Shown here piece by piece: positions 23,007 through 33,767 of a stretch of DNA of 36,175 nucleotides. A program made the position numbers and the translations under genes. Source of the stretch: a virus (Duplodnaviria > Caudoviricetes); IMG/VR virus record IMGVR_UViG_3300025354_000006, positions 1-36,175 of that record. One strand, 5' to 3'. A model generated the notes under the pieces. The model was given only the letters and a program-made list of their open reading frames with translations, did no database searches and was not told where the DNA came from. The stretch's first letter is position 1. Each line of letters opens with the position of its first letter.

Positions 23007-24845
23007 TTGAAGACAGTCGAAGAAATCTTGGCCCTCTGGGAGGACCGCAAGAAGTCACAGCATCCCGCGATCCAGGAGATGATGAGGATCAGGGAGGTTG
23101 CAGATGGCGAAGTGGTCATTCCTCTCCCGGAGTTGGACAAGGCTGAGAAGCCGGCAGTGGCCAACCTTATCTCCGAGGGCATTGAGCAGACTGCCTTCCG
23201 GGTGTCCTCGACCACCCCAGACCTGACTTACCCTGCGATCAACCCCAGGATCAAGCGACAGGTCGAGAGGGCAGACCAGAGGCGCTTAGCCAACTTGTCC
23301 TGGTGGCAGCAGAACGACATCAGAACCAAGCTGTTCCGTAAGGCCCTGTATCTGATCGGGTATGCGTCTGCCCCGACCTTCATCAAGCCGGACTTCAAGA
23401 AGGAGATTCCCCAATGGGAGATCAGGTCCCCGATGGCCGCCTTCCCGGCCCCGTCTTCGGACATCGACTCCATTGAGCCTGATGATTGCATCTTCTCCTA
23501 TCAGAAGACCCGAGCCTGGCTGGAGCGCAACTACCGGACCCTGGGCAAGCTTGACGGGCTTTCGATGGGTGACGTGCATGGCAAGGCCATTGATATGGAG
23601 GCCATGTTCGACATTGTTGAATACACCGACGATGTTGAGCATGTTCTGATTGTCGTCGGCAAGAGTTCAAGTCCCCATATCTACGGCCAGGTCCCAGGTA
23701 GGGGCTATGCGGAACTGGAGCGCATTCCCAACCGTGCAGAAATACCTCTGGTGGTTTCCCCTCGAAGGGTGACCTTATCGAAGTTGCAAGGTCAGTTCAA
23801 CCAGACCATTGGTATCTACACCGGGATGGCGCAGTTGATGGCCCTGGACCTCATTGCAGTCCAGAAGGCGGTCTTCCCTGATCTGGTCATCATTGGTCAG
23901 AATGGCCGGCCCCCGCATCTTCAGGGTGGCGAGTGGAAGGACGGGCTCACTGGTGAGATCAACACCCTGACCGATGGTGCTGTCGAGGCAGTCCAGCTAC
24001 AACCGGGCTACAAAACCGGCGAGTCCATCGACCGTATGGAAAGGGCTATCAGGCTCCATGGTGTAGCCCCTCAGTTCGGTGGGGAATCGACCACCAACAT
24101 CAGGACCGGGCGTCAGTCTGAGATCAACATGAGCGCTCAGATCGACTTCCGAATCCAGAAGTACCAGGAGCAACTAGCCCGAGCGGCCGTCAAGGAGAAC
24201 GAGCGGGCTATCGCAGTCATGAAGGCCTACTTCGGCAACAAGAAGAAGTCCTTCTACGTCTCCGGGTTCAAGTCCACCAAGAAGACCGTTGACTATGTCG
24301 CCAATGACATCTTCGACACCAGCGTCAACATGGTCACCTACTCAATGCCTGGTGCTGACGTCAACGGGGTCATCCTTGGCCTTGGTCAGCGTGTCGGCAT
24401 GGGGATCATGAGCCCAGAGACCGCAGCGATGATCGACCCCCTGATTGATGACCCGGAGATTGAGCTTGACCGGGTGATGTCCAGCAGGCTTGAGCAGATG
24501 CTTCTAGAGGCCCTGGGCCAACAGATTGCAGCAGGAGCCCTCGCGGCAGTTGACGTTGCCAACATCATCAAGAAGGTGCACAACGATAACAAGGACCTGG
24601 CAGATGCAATCCAAGAGGCGCAGCGAGAAGCCCAGGAGCGACAAGCAGAACTCACCACCCCGGAATCCCCTGAAGCGCAACCGGGGCTATCTCCACCAGG
24701 AGCCGGAGCTGAGGCAGGCGGTGGAGTTGTACCCGAGGTTTCTTCGGATCAACAGAACATTGCACAACTCCTACGATCTCTGAGGCAGCCCAGTGGCCCC
24801 GCTGGTGGTAGAGCCCCGGCTATGGCTGTAGGGGCTGGTGCCTGA
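23007..24845 (+). CDS. Portal (head-tail connector) protein
   Basis: 612 aa directly after terL; helical C-terminus with low-complexity tail. Confidence 0.85.
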   Translation: MKTVEEILALWEDRKKSQHPAIQEMMRIREVADGEVVIPLPELDKAEKPAVANLISEGIEQTAFRVSSTTPDLTYPAINPRIKRQVERADQRRLANLSWWQQNDIRTKLFRKALYLIGYASAPTFIKPDFKKEIPQWEIRSPMAAFPAPSSDIDSIEPDDCIFSYQKTRAWLERNYRTLGKLDGLSMGDVHGKAIDMEAMFDIVEYTDDVEHVLIVVGKSSSPHIYGQVPGRGYAELERIPNRAEIPLVVSPRRVTLSKLQGQFNQTIGIYTGMAQLMALDLIAVQKAVFPDLVIIGQNGRPPHLQGGEWKDGLTGEINTLTDGAVEAVQLQPGYKTGESIDRMERAIRLHGVAPQFGGESTTNIRTGRQSEINMSAQIDFRIQKYQEQLARAAVKENERAIAVMKAYFGNKKKSFYVSGFKSTKKTVDYVANDIFDTSVNMVTYSMPGADVNGVILGLGQRVGMGIMSPETAAMIDPLIDDPEIELDRVMSSRLEQMLLEALGQQIAAGALAAVDVANIIKKVHNDNKDLADAIQEAQREAQERQAELTTPESPEAQPGLSPPGAGAEAGGGVVPEVSSDQQNIAQLLRSLRQPSGPAGGRAPAMAVGAGA

Positions 24846-25375
24846 TGCCTAGAAAGGGACGTGGAGGCAAGCGAGTTGGCCAACCTGGGGTCGCCTATGC
24901 AAACCGGTCAGACCTGAATGCGTCGAATCCCACTGGAGGCACTGCCGGCCATATGGGCACAGCACGCCCGTACAACACCGGGACCAAGATGCCAGCCCCT
25001 AGCCAGCAAGGCCCAAACCCCATGGGTGGGAGAATGCAAGGCCCTCCGCCCGGTGCAGTTACTCCCCTCTCCGCACCGTCATCGAGGCCAAATGAACCGC
25101 TCACTGCGGGACTCAATGGTGACCAGGCGACAATTCTGCCTGAAGACCCTGATGAGATGATCCGGGCTCTCTACCGGGTGTCTGGACTCGAATCCCTCAG
25201 AGAGCTTGTGGAGCGCCTTCCGGTGCGCACTGGCCCCATGCCCCAGTCGGGAGCCCCTAGAGGCCTGATGCCCATGCGAGGGATGCCCCAGGGTCCTGAG
25301 CCCAGTGCAATGCCTCAGGGAGCACCCATTGGCCCTGGGGTCCCTGAGGCACCCGAAACCATGGAAGGACCCTAA
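24845..25375 (+). CDS. Pro/Gly-rich virion-associated protein
   Basis: TGATG/TAATG coupling; RGGKR, RPNEPLTAG motifs. Confidence 0.75.
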   Translation: MPRKGRGGKRVGQPGVAYANRSDLNASNPTGGTAGHMGTARPYNTGTKMPAPSQQGPNPMGGRMQGPPPGAVTPLSAPSSRPNEPLTAGLNGDQATILPEDPDEMIRALYRVSGLESLRELVERLPVRTGPMPQSGAPRGLMPMRGMPQGPEPSAMPQGAPIGPGVPEAPETMEGP

Positions 25376-28300
25376 TGCCGATCCGGCCAGTCCGATCCCC
25401 TCAGTATGAGGAGCAGCTAGGCCGAGAGGTTGCCATGCGGGATGCTCGGCGTGCCAACTTCATGGCCCAGGCAACCCCCGAACTGGCTGCCCGCGTGGGG
25501 TCTATCGCCTCCAACTATCCTGGTATGCACACCGGGCTTACTGCCGCTGCGGGAATGGCCGGCCTATCCCCTGAGGACCCCCAGACGATTGCCTTGGCTC
25601 AGAGGGCCTACCAATTACAGTATGAGGCTACTGGGGGATTCCAGGTCGGTGAACTCGTAGACCCTAAGACGCTTGCTCAGGCCAAACGGGATACCAACCT
25701 GAATGCTGACAAGCCTTGGGAAGTCCAGGATGTTGATCGCAGGTTAGCCGAGACCGACCCAGAGAGCAAGCCAGAGCATTCTCCTGGACGCTTTGAGCCC
25801 GTCCTGGCTCCCTTGCGTGGGGCCACCAGGACTGCCTTCATGCTCCAGGAGTCCCTTCAGCAGGCAGTCTCGGCCTCTCTGATGCAGATCGGGACCCTTG
25901 GCCGGGTGAACCCAAGGGACAAGGGGTCTGGCAACTACGACACCATGGTCGAGGTTGCCTACAAGCAGTGGCGATCTGGTAAGGGCATCGACCTTGGTTC
26001 TGGCTGGCTTCCTGGTGGGTCCGTCAGGCATGAGTCAAACCTGAGCAGCAAGGAACACTTTACCGACCCTGAGACTGGGGTTTGGCTTACCCCTGGCCGG
26101 GCCCTCGCCCCTGGAGTCGCTAGAACGTTCCTGCCTTGGGCTGCCGTGGAACCAGGCTCCCGAGAGTACAACATCACTTCCTCGATTCTCGACCTGGGGA
26201 ACTCAATCTTCCTGGACCCCACTTCAGCGGTCCTGGGGCCAACCAGCAAGGCTCGTCAGGCTGCCAGAACCTTCCAGGCACCTAATGGCATGCAGGCCCT
26301 CAAAGAAGCTCTGGTCACCGGGATCAACGGCAGGAAGTCCACGGTTGCCGAGAACATCGAGACCTGGGGGAACTCAGAGGCCGGCAAGAAGGTGTTCGAG
26401 TACCTGGCAGGCCGCAACTCGGTTACCGAACTCATGGAGCACATTAAGGGTCTGGACCGCCAGACTGCCCTTGCCATCGCTGATGAGACTGACCCGGATG
26501 CAGTCAAGAAGTTGCTGATGCCTGCGATGGGCACTCAGGTACGCCTGAAGCCTTCAGCCAATCGAATGGCTACCAGGGATTACCTTTCCCAGATTGGCCG
26601 GGTGATGCCTGATGGATTCACCCGCTTAGGTGCCAGTCTTCCCAGAGGGATCATTGGCCTTGATGATCCCCAGGCTTCCTGGCAGAACCTTCAGAACACC
26701 CTCAGAACTGCCGGGATGTCTAAAGAGCGCATCGAACAGGTCAACCGGGGCTTTGCCAAGGTCAATAACTACGATGAACTCCTAGAGTGGTCCAGGGACT
26801 CGTTCGTCAAGGCCATCGATGACCAGATCGTTGAGAGCCTATACGGCAAAGAACTGACCAAACCCAACCTGAAGAAGCGCCGCGACATCCTGACCAATCT
26901 GTTCAACCCCAACAATGAGGAGCGTGCCTACTGGATCAAGGCCGCCTCAGGGGAAACGGCAGATACGGTCCTTGCTCTCTATAACCCGTTCACCAAGGAG
27001 GCGCTACCTACTCCACATTCTGTGGCTGAGCTTCTTGGTCGAGGGGTTCCAGTCCCTGATGCAAGAGCCCTGAGGGCCATGACCACCCGGGGCCCGACTG
27101 CCGCTGCACTTAGAACAGTGATGGACCTGCCAGCATCCGAGTTCAGTCGGGACGCTCTTGAGCTTTTGTTTGTTGATGTCTTCAAGGCCGCCCAACTTCT
27201 TCGTGGTGCCTACACAATCCGGGTGATGTCTGAGGAGCTTGTCCGGGTCGCTGCAACCTCGACCTCTCGGTTCGTGAATAATCCTGCCGCGTTCCTTGGC
27301 TGGTTCATGGCCAGGTACAACGAGGGGTCGCCATTACTTCAGAAGATGGCCGCCAATGGCTCAGGAGTCATCTCTAGGGCTGCACTGAAAGCTGACGAGA
27401 AGTTGTCCAAGGGAGCCCAGAAGTACGGCATCGGTGGGACCACAGTCCTCGATGAGTTTTTTACCGATGTCCCTGAGTTCCAGGCAGCGCTTGACCGGGA
27501 AACCAACTGGCGATACCCGGGGGTTGTTGGCCTAAACGAGTGGACCAGGCACAAGAAGGGAACCCAGCATTACATCAGTTCAGTAGCAGACGAACTCTCC
27601 AAGCTTTCCTCCAGCCCCATTGAGCGCTTGATACCCGACGCTGCGGTCTATGACAATGGTCGGGGCCTAATTGGCATTGATGCCATCAAGCAGGACTTCT
27701 GGGATGGTCCCCTCAAGGTCTACCGGGAAATGCTTGGCGACACCAGACATCGTGAGCATGTTCTTTCTACTAGAGAGCAGTCCGACAAGTACATTGATGA
27801 GGTTGTCGAGCGAGTCAATGACCTAACTGGCGGAGACCCCGACCTTCTGCTTGCTATCAAGGATGGAAAGCTAGACGGTCAGCGCATCAGGAATGGCACC
27901 TTTGATGCTAAGAAGGTGAATGCTTTCCTGGAGACCAAGCTGGACAGCCTCCCTGATTGGGTTGGCGGTCAGAAGATGGGACCCCCACAGCGCCCGGGGG
28001 ATGGTGTTCGAAAGGGCATTGACTGGATGTTCAAGTGGCTAGCCACTAAGCCGACCAATGCGCTGGCTAGGTCTCCGGTTTTCCGGCAGGCTTACTGGGC
28101 TCGCATGACCGAGATGGCTAGCTTCCTTGATGCCAAGAGCGCCAAGAAGCTCATAGATTCAGCCCAGAAGAATAACCTTTCCCCCAGCCAGATAAGGCTT
28201 ATCAAGCAACAGGCCCAGGGCAAGGGTACTGGCACTCTTGAAGGTATTGACGCGGTCGCCAAGCAGTATGGGGTGACCGAGGTCAAGGAGCTTCTGTACG

Positions 28301-29922
28301 ACCTTAGCAAGCGTAACAATTTCTTCGATATGACTCGCTTGCTGATTCCGTTCGGTGATGCCTGGAAGGAGGTTCTGACCACCTGGTCCAAGATCGGGTT
28401 CGAGAACCCCAAGGTTGTTCGCAGAGGCCAGCAGGCTATCGAGGGTGCCAGAGACACGGACCACAATGAGGGCCGAGGGTTCTTCTACCGGGATGACTTC
28501 GGTCAGGAAATCTTCGCCTACCCGATGGCTGGGGCTCTGGCTTCGAGGTTCCTTGGTACTGGACCTAATACAGAGCTTGCGATGACCGGGTCTGTCCAGG
28601 GCCTCAACATGATCGGTGGTTCGGTTCTCCCTGGCTTCGGGCCGATCCTCCAGGTACCTCTGAAGCCCTTCATGCGGAACCTCCCAGGGGATCATTTCGC
28701 CAGAGAACTGTTCTTCCCCTATGGGGCCCCAGGTGGTGATGAGCAGCAGGACCCAGGAGCAGACTTCTTTGATGCACTTCTGCCGGCCTGGGCTAGGAAG
28801 CTGATCGCCGCATTCTCCAGACAGCAGCCCACCTGGATGAGCGCCAATGCTGAAATGCTCCAGTTGGAAGCAGCATCTGGGCGCTGGGACATGTCTGATG
28901 AGACTCAGATTCAGGCAATGCAGAAGGTCGCAGCCGAGAAGGCAACCACCAGGCTTCTGTTGCAGGCTCTCGCTCAAACGACCCTGCCCACTGGCCCTCA
29001 GGTCGAAATGAAGTCGAAGCTTGAGACCGGTGACTGGATTCACTTCAGGGCCATTGGTGATCAGGTCCGTGAATGGCAAGAGGAGTACGGCGAGTCAGAA
29101 GCCATTGCCCTGACTGAGCACGTCTTCGGCTTGAACAACCTGGAAATGACCTTCTTCAACAAGACCAGGTCCAACCGGGAAATGCCAGTAACGATCGAAG
29201 GCAACAGGTTCATCCGTGAGAACCCTGAACTCTATGAGCAGTACAAGGATGTTGTCGGCTATTTCACTACCGACCCCGAGCCTGGGACTTTCGATTACCT
29301 GAGCTTCACTGACCAGATCATTCGTGGCGACCGAGTCCGAATGACTCCAGACCAGATTGCCCATGCGTCAAACAATGCGCTTGGCTACCAGGCGTATCAG
29401 AAACAGCAGCAGAACGCATTGGCAATGTTCGGCAGTTTACAGTCTGATGAAGCAAGAATGTTCCTGAGAATGGTTCGCATGGACCTTGAGGATAAGTACC
29501 CAGGGTTCGGGCGTGCTGACTATTCACCTAGAAGGCCCCCACCCCAGCAGTTGATTGGGGATATGGAGCGTGCAATCCAGGACCCGAAGCTACGCAACAC
29601 CGAGGTTGGCCCTTACATCGCTGAATACTTAGAGGCCAGAAAGCAGGTTCAGGCCCTAGCGGTCTCTTTGGGGCTCCAGCCTGACAGCTTTGCCAGGTCC
29701 ACTAGAAGCGAACTCATCTATGCACGAGACCAGCTTAGGAACCTCGGTGAGGAACTGTCTGAAAAGGAGCCGGCCTTCCGGGCAGCCTGGGAAAGACTGT
29801 TCATGCGGGAACTCCTCGATGAGGAACTTGAGCCAGGATTGGACTACATGGAAGCACTAGACAACCCAATGGGTTCCTTGGGCTCTGGGTCTATGAGTTT
29901 GGCGGGTGCTGGCCTTGGTTAG
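25375..29922 (+). CDS. Large (1515 aa) putative internal virion / ejection protein
   Basis: Size, helical character and position in head module; function inferred. Confidence 0.7.
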   Translation: MPIRPVRSPQYEEQLGREVAMRDARRANFMAQATPELAARVGSIASNYPGMHTGLTAAAGMAGLSPEDPQTIALAQRAYQLQYEATGGFQVGELVDPKTLAQAKRDTNLNADKPWEVQDVDRRLAETDPESKPEHSPGRFEPVLAPLRGATRTAFMLQESLQQAVSASLMQIGTLGRVNPRDKGSGNYDTMVEVAYKQWRSGKGIDLGSGWLPGGSVRHESNLSSKEHFTDPETGVWLTPGRALAPGVARTFLPWAAVEPGSREYNITSSILDLGNSIFLDPTSAVLGPTSKARQAARTFQAPNGMQALKEALVTGINGRKSTVAENIETWGNSEAGKKVFEYLAGRNSVTELMEHIKGLDRQTALAIADETDPDAVKKLLMPAMGTQVRLKPSANRMATRDYLSQIGRVMPDGFTRLGASLPRGIIGLDDPQASWQNLQNTLRTAGMSKERIEQVNRGFAKVNNYDELLEWSRDSFVKAIDDQIVESLYGKELTKPNLKKRRDILTNLFNPNNEERAYWIKAASGETADTVLALYNPFTKEALPTPHSVAELLGRGVPVPDARALRAMTTRGPTAAALRTVMDLPASEFSRDALELLFVDVFKAAQLLRGAYTIRVMSEELVRVAATSTSRFVNNPAAFLGWFMARYNEGSPLLQKMAANGSGVISRAALKADEKLSKGAQKYGIGGTTVLDEFFTDVPEFQAALDRETNWRYPGVVGLNEWTRHKKGTQHYISSVADELSKLSSSPIERLIPDAAVYDNGRGLIGIDAIKQDFWDGPLKVYREMLGDTRHREHVLSTREQSDKYIDEVVERVNDLTGGDPDLLLAIKDGKLDGQRIRNGTFDAKKVNAFLETKLDSLPDWVGGQKMGPPQRPGDGVRKGIDWMFKWLATKPTNALARSPVFRQAYWARMTEMASFLDAKSAKKLIDSAQKNNLSPSQIRLIKQQAQGKGTGTLEGIDAVAKQYGVTEVKELLYDLSKRNNFFDMTRLLIPFGDAWKEVLTTWSKIGFENPKVVRRGQQAIEGARDTDHNEGRGFFYRDDFGQEIFAYPMAGALASRFLGTGPNTELAMTGSVQGLNMIGGSVLPGFGPILQVPLKPFMRNLPGDHFARELFFPYGAPGGDEQQDPGADFFDALLPAWARKLIAAFSRQQPTWMSANAEMLQLEAASGRWDMSDETQIQAMQKVAAEKATTRLLLQALAQTTLPTGPQVEMKSKLETGDWIHFRAIGDQVREWQEEYGESEAIALTEHVFGLNNLEMTFFNKTRSNREMPVTIEGNRFIRENPELYEQYKDVVGYFTTDPEPGTFDYLSFTDQIIRGDRVRMTPDQIAHASNNALGYQAYQKQQQNALAMFGSLQSDEARMFLRMVRMDLEDKYPGFGRADYSPRRPPPQQLIGDMERAIQDPKLRNTEVGPYIAEYLEARKQVQALAVSLGLQPDSFARSTRSELIYARDQLRNLGEELSEKEPAFRAAWERLFMRELLDEELEPGLDYMEALDNPMGSLGSGSMSLAGAGLG

Positions 29923-30973
29923 AGAAAGAGGTATCTATAGGGCAACCCCTAGGACCACCAGAGCAAGGGCGGCAGGAACACGAAAGCCTAGACGCAAGGT
30001 CAAGAACCCCGGAATACGCGCCAATACGGCTCTTAGGGGTTCACCAACCCCAGCGAACAGACTCAGTCAAGCCCGCCGGGATTATGAAGGCCTCAGAGTC
30101 CAGGGCCTAGGTTCCGGTGAAGGTCCGTCTCCCAGGATGACCGCTGACGCTGGGGCCATTAGGGACTTCCGGCTCCAGGGTCGCATGGACGCGGGGATGT
30201 CCCCTTTTGGGGTTCCCTTCGAGTGGCAACCCCAGGACTCGCATCCCGGCTGGATTCCCATCTACTACGAGGGGGACCAGCTTGATGCACCGTTCACTTC
30301 CCCTGAGGACATTGCCAGACTTCAGGTCGAGTTGGTCCAGGCCGGCCTTCTGACTTCCGCTTACCGTCGAGGAGTCTGGGACCCTGCTACCCAGGAAGCC
30401 TATGCGATGGTGCTCACTTATGCCAATCAGGGTGGTGAGCAGTTCGGTATGGGTCCAGGCCACCGAAGCACCGCCTGGCGAAAAGCCCTCGATATGCTCA
30501 AGGAGAACCCTGAAGCATTCGATGAGGCGGTCCCGGATTATGTGCCCGAGGTCTATCTGGCACCAAACCCCGAGGCAATCAAGGGTGCCATCTACAACAC
30601 TTTCAACAGCATGTTGGGCCGGGACCCTACTGAACTGGAACTCAGGCAGTACCAGGGCATCTTCGAGAATGAACACCGAGCCCAATACGAGGAAGCAGTC
30701 CAGAGAGACCGAACCTCCTATTACCACCAGGCCGAACTCCAGGGTCAAACCGATGCTGAACTGACTGCCTTTGGTGCTCAAGGTGCAACCAACAGGCCTG
30801 ACATGCCAGACGGCCAGGAGCGTGATCCGAATGCCGCAATGAACACCGCAATCCTTGAGAACAAGCAGGATGAGCGGGAAATGCGGACACAGCAGCAGGA
30901 TTACTCAGAGGACTTCGGGACACTCGAAAGCGGCTTCTCGACTCTTAGGTCCATGATCGGGAGGCTAAGCTAA
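29906..30973 (+). CDS. Putative internal virion protein with peptidoglycan-binding-like segment
   Basis: EDIARLQVELVQAGLL...GVWDPATQEA resembles PG_binding_1. Confidence 0.6.
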   Translation: MLALVRERGIYRATPRTTRARAAGTRKPRRKVKNPGIRANTALRGSPTPANRLSQARRDYEGLRVQGLGSGEGPSPRMTADAGAIRDFRLQGRMDAGMSPFGVPFEWQPQDSHPGWIPIYYEGDQLDAPFTSPEDIARLQVELVQAGLLTSAYRRGVWDPATQEAYAMVLTYANQGGEQFGMGPGHRSTAWRKALDMLKENPEAFDEAVPDYVPEVYLAPNPEAIKGAIYNTFNSMLGRDPTELELRQYQGIFENEHRAQYEEAVQRDRTSYYHQAELQGQTDAELTAFGAQGATNRPDMPDGQERDPNAAMNTAILENKQDEREMRTQQQDYSEDFGTLESGFSTLRSMIGRLS

Positions 30974-32166
30974 TGGCTCGCTATGATCCCAACATCGTCA
31001 ATACCATTGTCCGAGTTGGCAAGCAGATGGGCTATGGTCCTCGTGAAATCACTGCTGCACTCTCTACTGGAATTGTGGAGTCTGGGCTACGCAACCTTGG
31101 CCACCTTGGCAACAGGAATGACCATGACTCATTAGGTGTCTTCCAGCAGCGGCCTTCCCAAGGTTGGGGGACCCCGGCTCAGCTAACCAATGTCGAGTAT
31201 GCGGCCCGCAAGTTCTACAGTTCAATCCCCCAGTTCGATCGGCAAGGTATCTCAGGTGCTGAACTGGCTGCAAGGATTCAGAGGCCAGCCAGGCAGTACA
31301 GACATCGCTATGCCCAACGCTGGAATGAAGCCGAGAGCCTTCTTCGGGCATTCGGTGGTGGTCGAGGGGCCGGCTCAGACAGGGCTCTAGCCAACCGGAC
31401 TGCACCCAACGGTCGGGTTCCTATCGGGATGAACCGGACTGCCAGGCGTCGGATGGTCAACATCCAGCCATCTGCTGCTATCAACCTAGGCAACCCCGAC
31501 CCCGTAGACCCTACACAGACTGAGCCCACAGTCCAGCAGGACATGGATATGTGGGGCCAAATGCTTGCCCAGGTATCCTCGATGATGCAAGGCAACCCAG
31601 CAGAAAGAGCCTCTGGGGTAGGTAATCCCTTCAGTGGTACCGCAGAGGAAGAATCCGACTTCGGGCTTGAGCGTGCCCTTGGTGAGCTTTACCAGGCGTA
31701 CGGACCCTCCAAGCGATTCCTTGCCGACTTCGACCTCACTGATGCTGACCTGGATGACCTGCCAACCTCGGTCAGGCAGCAGACCCTCCAACGCAACGGT
31801 GGGCTACCACCCAATCCCGAACAGGGCTCTGGTGCTCTGGCTATCCAGATCGCCCAGCAGTACCTGGGGGTCCCGTACCTTTGGGGAGGCGTCAACCCCC
31901 AGAAGGGCCTGGACTGTTCCGGGTTGATCCAGTTGGTCTATAAGCAGATGGGTATCAACCTTCCCAGGTTCTCAGGGCACCAGATGCAGTCCGGCAAGAA
32001 GGTCAACAGCCTGGCTGAAGCCCAACCTGGAGACCTGGTAGGCAAGCCTGGTCACGTGGCTCTCTACATGGGTAACGGTCAGATTCTCCATGCCCCCCGG
32101 ACAGGGAAGAACGTAGAGATTAGAAACCTCTACTTCAAGCCCACTAGCATTCGCAGGTTCGTCTAA
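30973..32166 (+). CDS. Virion-associated muralytic protein: lysozyme-like domain plus NlpC/P60
   Basis: IVESGLRNL...DSLGVFQQRPSQGWG; LGVPYLWGG, DCSGL, GHVALY, HAP. Confidence 0.92.
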   Translation: MARYDPNIVNTIVRVGKQMGYGPREITAALSTGIVESGLRNLGHLGNRNDHDSLGVFQQRPSQGWGTPAQLTNVEYAARKFYSSIPQFDRQGISGAELAARIQRPARQYRHRYAQRWNEAESLLRAFGGGRGAGSDRALANRTAPNGRVPIGMNRTARRRMVNIQPSAAINLGNPDPVDPTQTEPTVQQDMDMWGQMLAQVSSMMQGNPAERASGVGNPFSGTAEEESDFGLERALGELYQAYGPSKRFLADFDLTDADLDDLPTSVRQQTLQRNGGLPPNPEQGSGALAIQIAQQYLGVPYLWGGVNPQKGLDCSGLIQLVYKQMGINLPRFSGHQMQSGKKVNSLAEAQPGDLVGKPGHVALYMGNGQILHAPRTGKNVEIRNLYFKPTSIRRFV

Positions 32167-33767
32167 TGCCTCAGTTGAACAGTATGCCCGGTGGCGCTGA
32201 AATCTGGCGACTGGACGGCAAGCATATCTACCTCATGTGGCGCGTTCCCAATGGGGCCAATGGTGGCCGGGGAACCCCAATGGTCTGGCATGTTCCCAAC
32301 GGTGAAGCCTGGAATGCGATGACCGATGGGCTCCCAGAGTCAGAGACCAGGGTCCAAAGAGAGATTAGTTCAAGGGAACTCAAGGCCATTGGTGCCATCC
32401 GGGCCGGCAAGACCTCACAGATTGAGAACACTGCCGAGCATCCTTTCGCCACCTGGGTAGCCAACTACAACCGTGAGGCCAAGGTGAACCCGATGCTTCG
32501 GGACCCTGAGGTTATGAGTATCTATGCTCGCTCACTGGTTGAAGGTAGGCCACCCACCCAGGGGCAACTGGAGTCCACCAGATACTGGCAGACCCGGACT
32601 CCTGGGCAAAGAGAGTGGATCAAGCTCTCCGCAGGCGATCCGAAGGCAGCCGAACAGAGGCTCCAGGACAACAGGATCAGGGCTCGGAATGCTCTGATTG
32701 ATACCGGCTACCAGAACCCCAGCATGGCCCTAAGTGGCTTCCTGGCTGACAAGTGGACCCGGGGTGACATCACTGAGGAGCAGTTCAATGACTCAATCCT
32801 CAAGGAGATCGACCCCTACCACCCTGACGCTAGCCCCTTCGCTGGCAAGTATCTCGGTGAGAATGACCGCATCATCAGGACCACCAACGGCAAGATGTAC
32901 ATCCGGCAGTCCACAGAGGAAGGCTATCGGGACTGGGAACTCACTGGCCCAGGCCAAAGAGCCAGATATGCAGATGAGGAAGCCCAGTGGGCTCTGCCTT
33001 CTGCGGTCCTCTACTACGACCCCAAGACCAGTAAGCACTACCTAAGGACCAGGACCAAGAAGGGTGGCCAGTGGCTTGGTTGGTACGCAACCTCAGAGAA
33101 GGAAGCTCGAATCCTGTCAAGGTACTACAAGCCTCAGGTTCTCAGGCCAGAGTACAACATTGATATGCGGAAGCAGCAGACCCCGAGCGTGTTGACCCTC
33201 TTTGGTGTGAAGCCCGGTGAGGATGGCTGGCTAGAGCAGGGTGTTCAGCGTCTAGAGAATGCCGCACACGAGGAAGGCGTCCGTAAGGCCGGGGATGCCA
33301 TCACCTTCTTTGAGCGTCAGTCCGGTCAGCTTCTTGGACTCGAAGGCGAAGACCGAGTCCAGCAGCTTGTGAAGCAATGGCTTGGACCCATCGGCATGCG
33401 CACCTGGACCGATGAGATGATCGGACAGTGGGCCTACAAACTTAGGACCAACCCAGGCTCTGTTGACCTTCTGGTTGAGCAACTGAAGAAGCAGCGTTTG
33501 GCGATGTTCCCCGAGCATGAGAACCCCGAGCTTGCCTATGACGACATTGCAACCCTGGCTCGTGGGATGGTCCAGAACATCTGGGGTGAAGTCCCCGACG
33601 AGACTGATCCGATGTTCGCCAAGCTGGTCAGGATGAATGACGCCTACTCCATCGAACAGTTCCTGAGGAAGGAAGGCATGAAGCGCAACAAGGGCAATGT
33701 GGTATCGCAGGCCCTCGATGATGCTGAACCCATGTTTGGTGGTCGTGTCCAGGGTGGTGTGCGATGA
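32166..33767 (+). CDS. Putative virion protein, unknown function
   Basis: 533-aa ORF coupled at both ends. Confidence 0.75.
   Translation: MPQLNSMPGGAEIWRLDGKHIYLMWRVPNGANGGRGTPMVWHVPNGEAWNAMTDGLPESETRVQREISSRELKAIGAIRAGKTSQIENTAEHPFATWVANYNREAKVNPMLRDPEVMSIYARSLVEGRPPTQGQLESTRYWQTRTPGQREWIKLSAGDPKAAEQRLQDNRIRARNALIDTGYQNPSMALSGFLADKWTRGDITEEQFNDSILKEIDPYHPDASPFAGKYLGENDRIIRTTNGKMYIRQSTEEGYRDWELTGPGQRARYADEEAQWALPSAVLYYDPKTSKHYLRTRTKKGGQWLGWYATSEKEARILSRYYKPQVLRPEYNIDMRKQQTPSVLTLFGVKPGEDGWLEQGVQRLENAAHEEGVRKAGDAITFFERQSGQLLGLEGEDRVQQLVKQWLGPIGMRTWTDEMIGQWAYKLRTNPGSVDLLVEQLKKQRLAMFPEHENPELAYDDIATLARGMVQNIWGEVPDETDPMFAKLVRMNDAYSIEQFLRKEGMKRNKGNVVSQALDDAEPMFGGRVQGGVR

Noticed and set aside
28159-29079. 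Long antisense ORFs (also 8368..9063, 30107..30781, 35633..36112)
   Set aside because: They are shadows of well-supported + strand genes with biased codon usage and show no motifs of their own.
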